From assembly GCA_039801565.1 (NCBI GenBank), contig JBDRUX010000046.1, positions 1 through 18,951 on the forward strand: a DNA stretch of 18,951 nt. The letters run 5' to 3'. The notes beneath the pieces are model-generated. The model was not told the DNA's origin and searched no databases. It worked only from the letters and a program-made list of their open reading frames with translations. The translations under genes and the position numbers were made by a program. Shown one piece after another: positions 17,171-18,951 of the stretch (the first letter of the stretch is position 1; every line of letters begins with the position of its first letter). Origin of the DNA: a candidate division WOR-3 bacterium. Lineage in GTDB: Bacteria > Hydrothermota > Tepidihabitantia > Tepidihabitantales > JAOUPE01.

Positions 17171-18376
17171 CTAACTCACATTAAATAATTGAGCAATTTG
17201 ATTCAAAAAGGGCAGTTTAAAGACCGTGGCAATGAGGATTAGCGCTGAACTGACCAGAAGCACCACAAGAATAATCATCTTGCCATAATCCTGTCCAGCT
17301 AACGAACCCAAAAGCAATGGCTCACGGGATAGATAAGCCGATGCGGCATAAAGTTCTTCACCAATCAAGGTATAATCACAAGCGGTGATAAAGAATGGTA
17401 ATTGGTGGACCGAATCGGTCCCAGCGATTTGAATCGCACCGGTTGTGGCACCGGTTTCGGCTAAGATCAATGACTCAGCCCAGAACATACCGATAAAGAA
17501 ATTTGCTGCTGGTTTTTCCCGCACCATAATCCCATCCACTGCTGCGGCATAGGCGAATTGATTATCACTGACAAAGAAGATGTTGTCGGGTTTAAAGACA
17601 TCGGGTCGGCCAACATTGGTATAAGCCTCTTTCACCATCTCTAAGGCAACCGTATAAACAATCGGGTCTCGATTTGGCACAAGTAAAGTGGTCTCATACT
17701 GAGCAGTCTTCTTGGCGACTTCGGACAAGATATTGAGCGAGGCAATTGTTGCAATGTCACTGATTGAAGAGAGTCCTGGGACATAAAGGATTGGCTTACC
17801 CATTTCGGTAGCGCGTCCAACCGCTTCTTCCACTGCATCCAGGCCAGCGATGCGGCGAATGAATAGCGATTTACCTTTACGGGATTGGGCGATAAAATAT
17901 AAAATCAGCGCGGAAAAGACAATGACACCAATCAAGACATTAGCCCGATTGGTATTAAACCATTGACCCCGACTTTGTGCTGGTAAAGAGATTTCGGACT
18001 GAGCTCGTTCCTGTTCACTCACCGCCACCACTTGATAAATATATTTAACCCCGTCTTTCACTTTGTCATCAATATAACAGCGCTCGCCAGCCATAACTTT
18101 ATCAATCATTGCTAAAGACTCAGCTCCTATTATTCCACGCCAGATTTCATAGTATTTAACCAAACTGTCATCGGTTGACAGGTGCCATAAGACTGTGATG
18201 CTTGAGCCGTCGTCGTTGGGCGTATCCCGAACAATAATTTTGGTTGGTGGCGCCAATGCCAGTGCCTTTGTTACAAGTAAAAAGCCAGCAATTTTCCAAA
18301 TTCGAAATTGGAAATTCGAAATTCGAAACTTACACCGAAGACGGATTAAAGAATTCAATTTTTGACTAATCTTCAC
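17171..18376 (-). CDS. Membrane protein with FN3-like N-domain and DUF6754-like domain
   Basis: GTG start with AAGGAGGT SD; signal peptide; FN3-like PP...DTPNDDGSSITVLW...YIYQVVA; TM helix; IRRIAGLDAVEEAVGRATEMGKP...CDYTLIGEELYAASAYL; C-terminal TM. DUF name from recall. Confidence 0.8.
   Translation of the reverse strand: MKISQKLNSLIRLRCKFRISNFQFRIWKIAGFLLVTKALALAPPTKIIVRDTPNDDGSSITVLWHLSTDDSLVKYYEIWRGIIGAESLAMIDKVMAGERCYIDDKVKDGVKYIYQVVAVSEQERAQSEISLPAQSRGQWFNTNRANVLIGVIVFSALILYFIAQSRKGKSLFIRRIAGLDAVEEAVGRATEMGKPILYVPGLSSISDIATIASLNILSEVAKKTAQYETTLLVPNRDPIVYTVALEMVKEAYTNVGRPDVFKPDNIFFVSDNQFAYAAAVDGIMVREKPAANFFIGMFWAESLILAETGATTGAIQIAGTDSVHQLPFFITACDYTLIGEELYAASAYLSREPLLLGSLAGQDYGKMIILVVLLVSSALILIATVFKLPFLNQIAQLFNVS
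18298..18330. repeat. Heptamer tandem repeat (AAATTCG)n inside a coding N-terminus
   Basis: aaattcg aaattgg aaattcg aaattcg aaact; read on the minus strand as KFRISNFQFRI. Confidence 0.8.
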
Positions 18377-18378
18377 TA

Positions 18379-18678
18379 TTACCTCCTTAATTGTTTTTCT
18401 TTACAAATACAGGGTAGTTGGTGACATTTTGGGCAACCCTTTTGATATTTTTTGGTTGCCTTTTCTAAATCAATCTTGCACAGACTAGCTAAAGTGACCA
18501 GCCAAGCCAAAACATCAGCAAACTCTTCGGCCAAATTTTTACGATTAGCTTGGCGAATTGCCCGTGCCAATTCACCAACTTCCTCAACCAACCAGCAATA
18601 AGTTCCGCTGATGCCTCTTTTTTTATCTTTGGCGTAATAGATTTGTTCAATCAGCTCTTGAAATTCGCGAATTGTCAT
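18379..18678 (-). CDS. MazG-like nucleotide pyrophosphohydrolase (single domain, C-terminal Cys cluster)
   Basis: WLVEEVGELARA...EEFADVLAWL; CPKCHQLPCIC. Confidence 0.9.
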   Translation of the reverse strand: MTIREFQELIEQIYYAKDKKRGISGTYCWLVEEVGELARAIRQANRKNLAEEFADVLAWLVTLASLCKIDLEKATKKYQKGCPKCHQLPCICKEKQLRR

Positions 18679-18684
18679 AAGGCA

Positions 18685-18712
18685 AGTATCTTTAAAAAAT
18701 TACCAATGTCAA
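18685..18712 (-). promoter_or_regulatory. Sigma70-type promoter of the MazG/membrane-protein operon (probably leaderless)
   Basis: Minus strand TTGACA(18712-18707)-16 bp-GATACT(18690-18685)-6 nt-ATG; no SD. Confidence 0.6.
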
Positions 18713-18733
18713 GATGACTTTACAAGCAGATTC

Positions 18734-18761
18734 TTCGAAATTCGAAATTCAAAATTCGAAT
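18734..18761. repeat. Heptamer tandem repeat (TTCGAAA)x4
   Basis: ttcgaaa ttcgaaa ttcaaaa ttcgaat. Confidence 0.8.
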
Positions 18762-18840
18762 CCTGGTGGCATCTTACTTTGCTCAACTGATTTTTTGAGT
18801 AAACTTAGATATTTTTCGATTTTGGGAAGTTATTTGGTAT

Positions 18841-18951
18841 TTTTGTGCCAGAAAAAGTTGAAATATATTTCAACCTAAAAATGACCGATTTTTTCATCTA
18901 TCGTGTTGGTCATCCGTCAGTTACGCTGATTTTCCTTTAGGGAGGGGGTAT
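18841..18951 (-). repeat. Composite dispersed element, copy 3 (tail and palindrome only; cut by the window end)
   Basis: Aligns with 12536-12647: first 45 bp identical, about 13 mismatches and 1 gap over 112 bp by hand count; same palindrome at 18857-18874; ends in gggagggggtat. Confidence 0.92.

Noticed and set aside
3727..17838. Numerous short antisense or alternate-frame ORFs inside the identified genes
   Set aside because: Shadows of well-supported genes with no independent signals

Overview
Low-GC bacterial window, probably from an anaerobe of the FCB/WOR-3 type (inferred from gene content only). Housekeeping blocks: mnmA; etfB-etfA-(HdrC/HdrD-like Fe-S oxidoreductase); small membrane protein-pyrR-pyrB-pyrC; on the minus strand ribBA-ribH-nusB-metallophosphoesterase, and MazG-four uncharacterised membrane proteins-Wzi-like outer-membrane protein. 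The intergenic DNA is the unusual part. (1) A dispersed composite element occurs three times (about 633-986 +, 12536-12935 -, and a partial copy at 18841-18951 -). It consists of a conserved 13-bp head motif, about 18 degenerate 12-bp tandem units, a conserved C-rich tail, and a perfect GTT...AAC palindrome 66-67 bp further on. Each copy is co-oriented with an operon and ends about 210-250 bp upstream of its promoter. One copy is preceded by a TTGACA box and an rRNA-type boxA. (2) A start-less 155-codon PD-(D/E)XK nuclease frame (74-541) is only partly reported by the ORF track. (3) There is a MITE-like ~200-bp element and scattered 7/9-bp short tandem repeats, some inside coding N-termini. 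(4) Several promoters have 16-bp spacers, and two genes look leaderless. No rRNA, tRNA, CRISPR array, transposase or reverse transcriptase was recognised.
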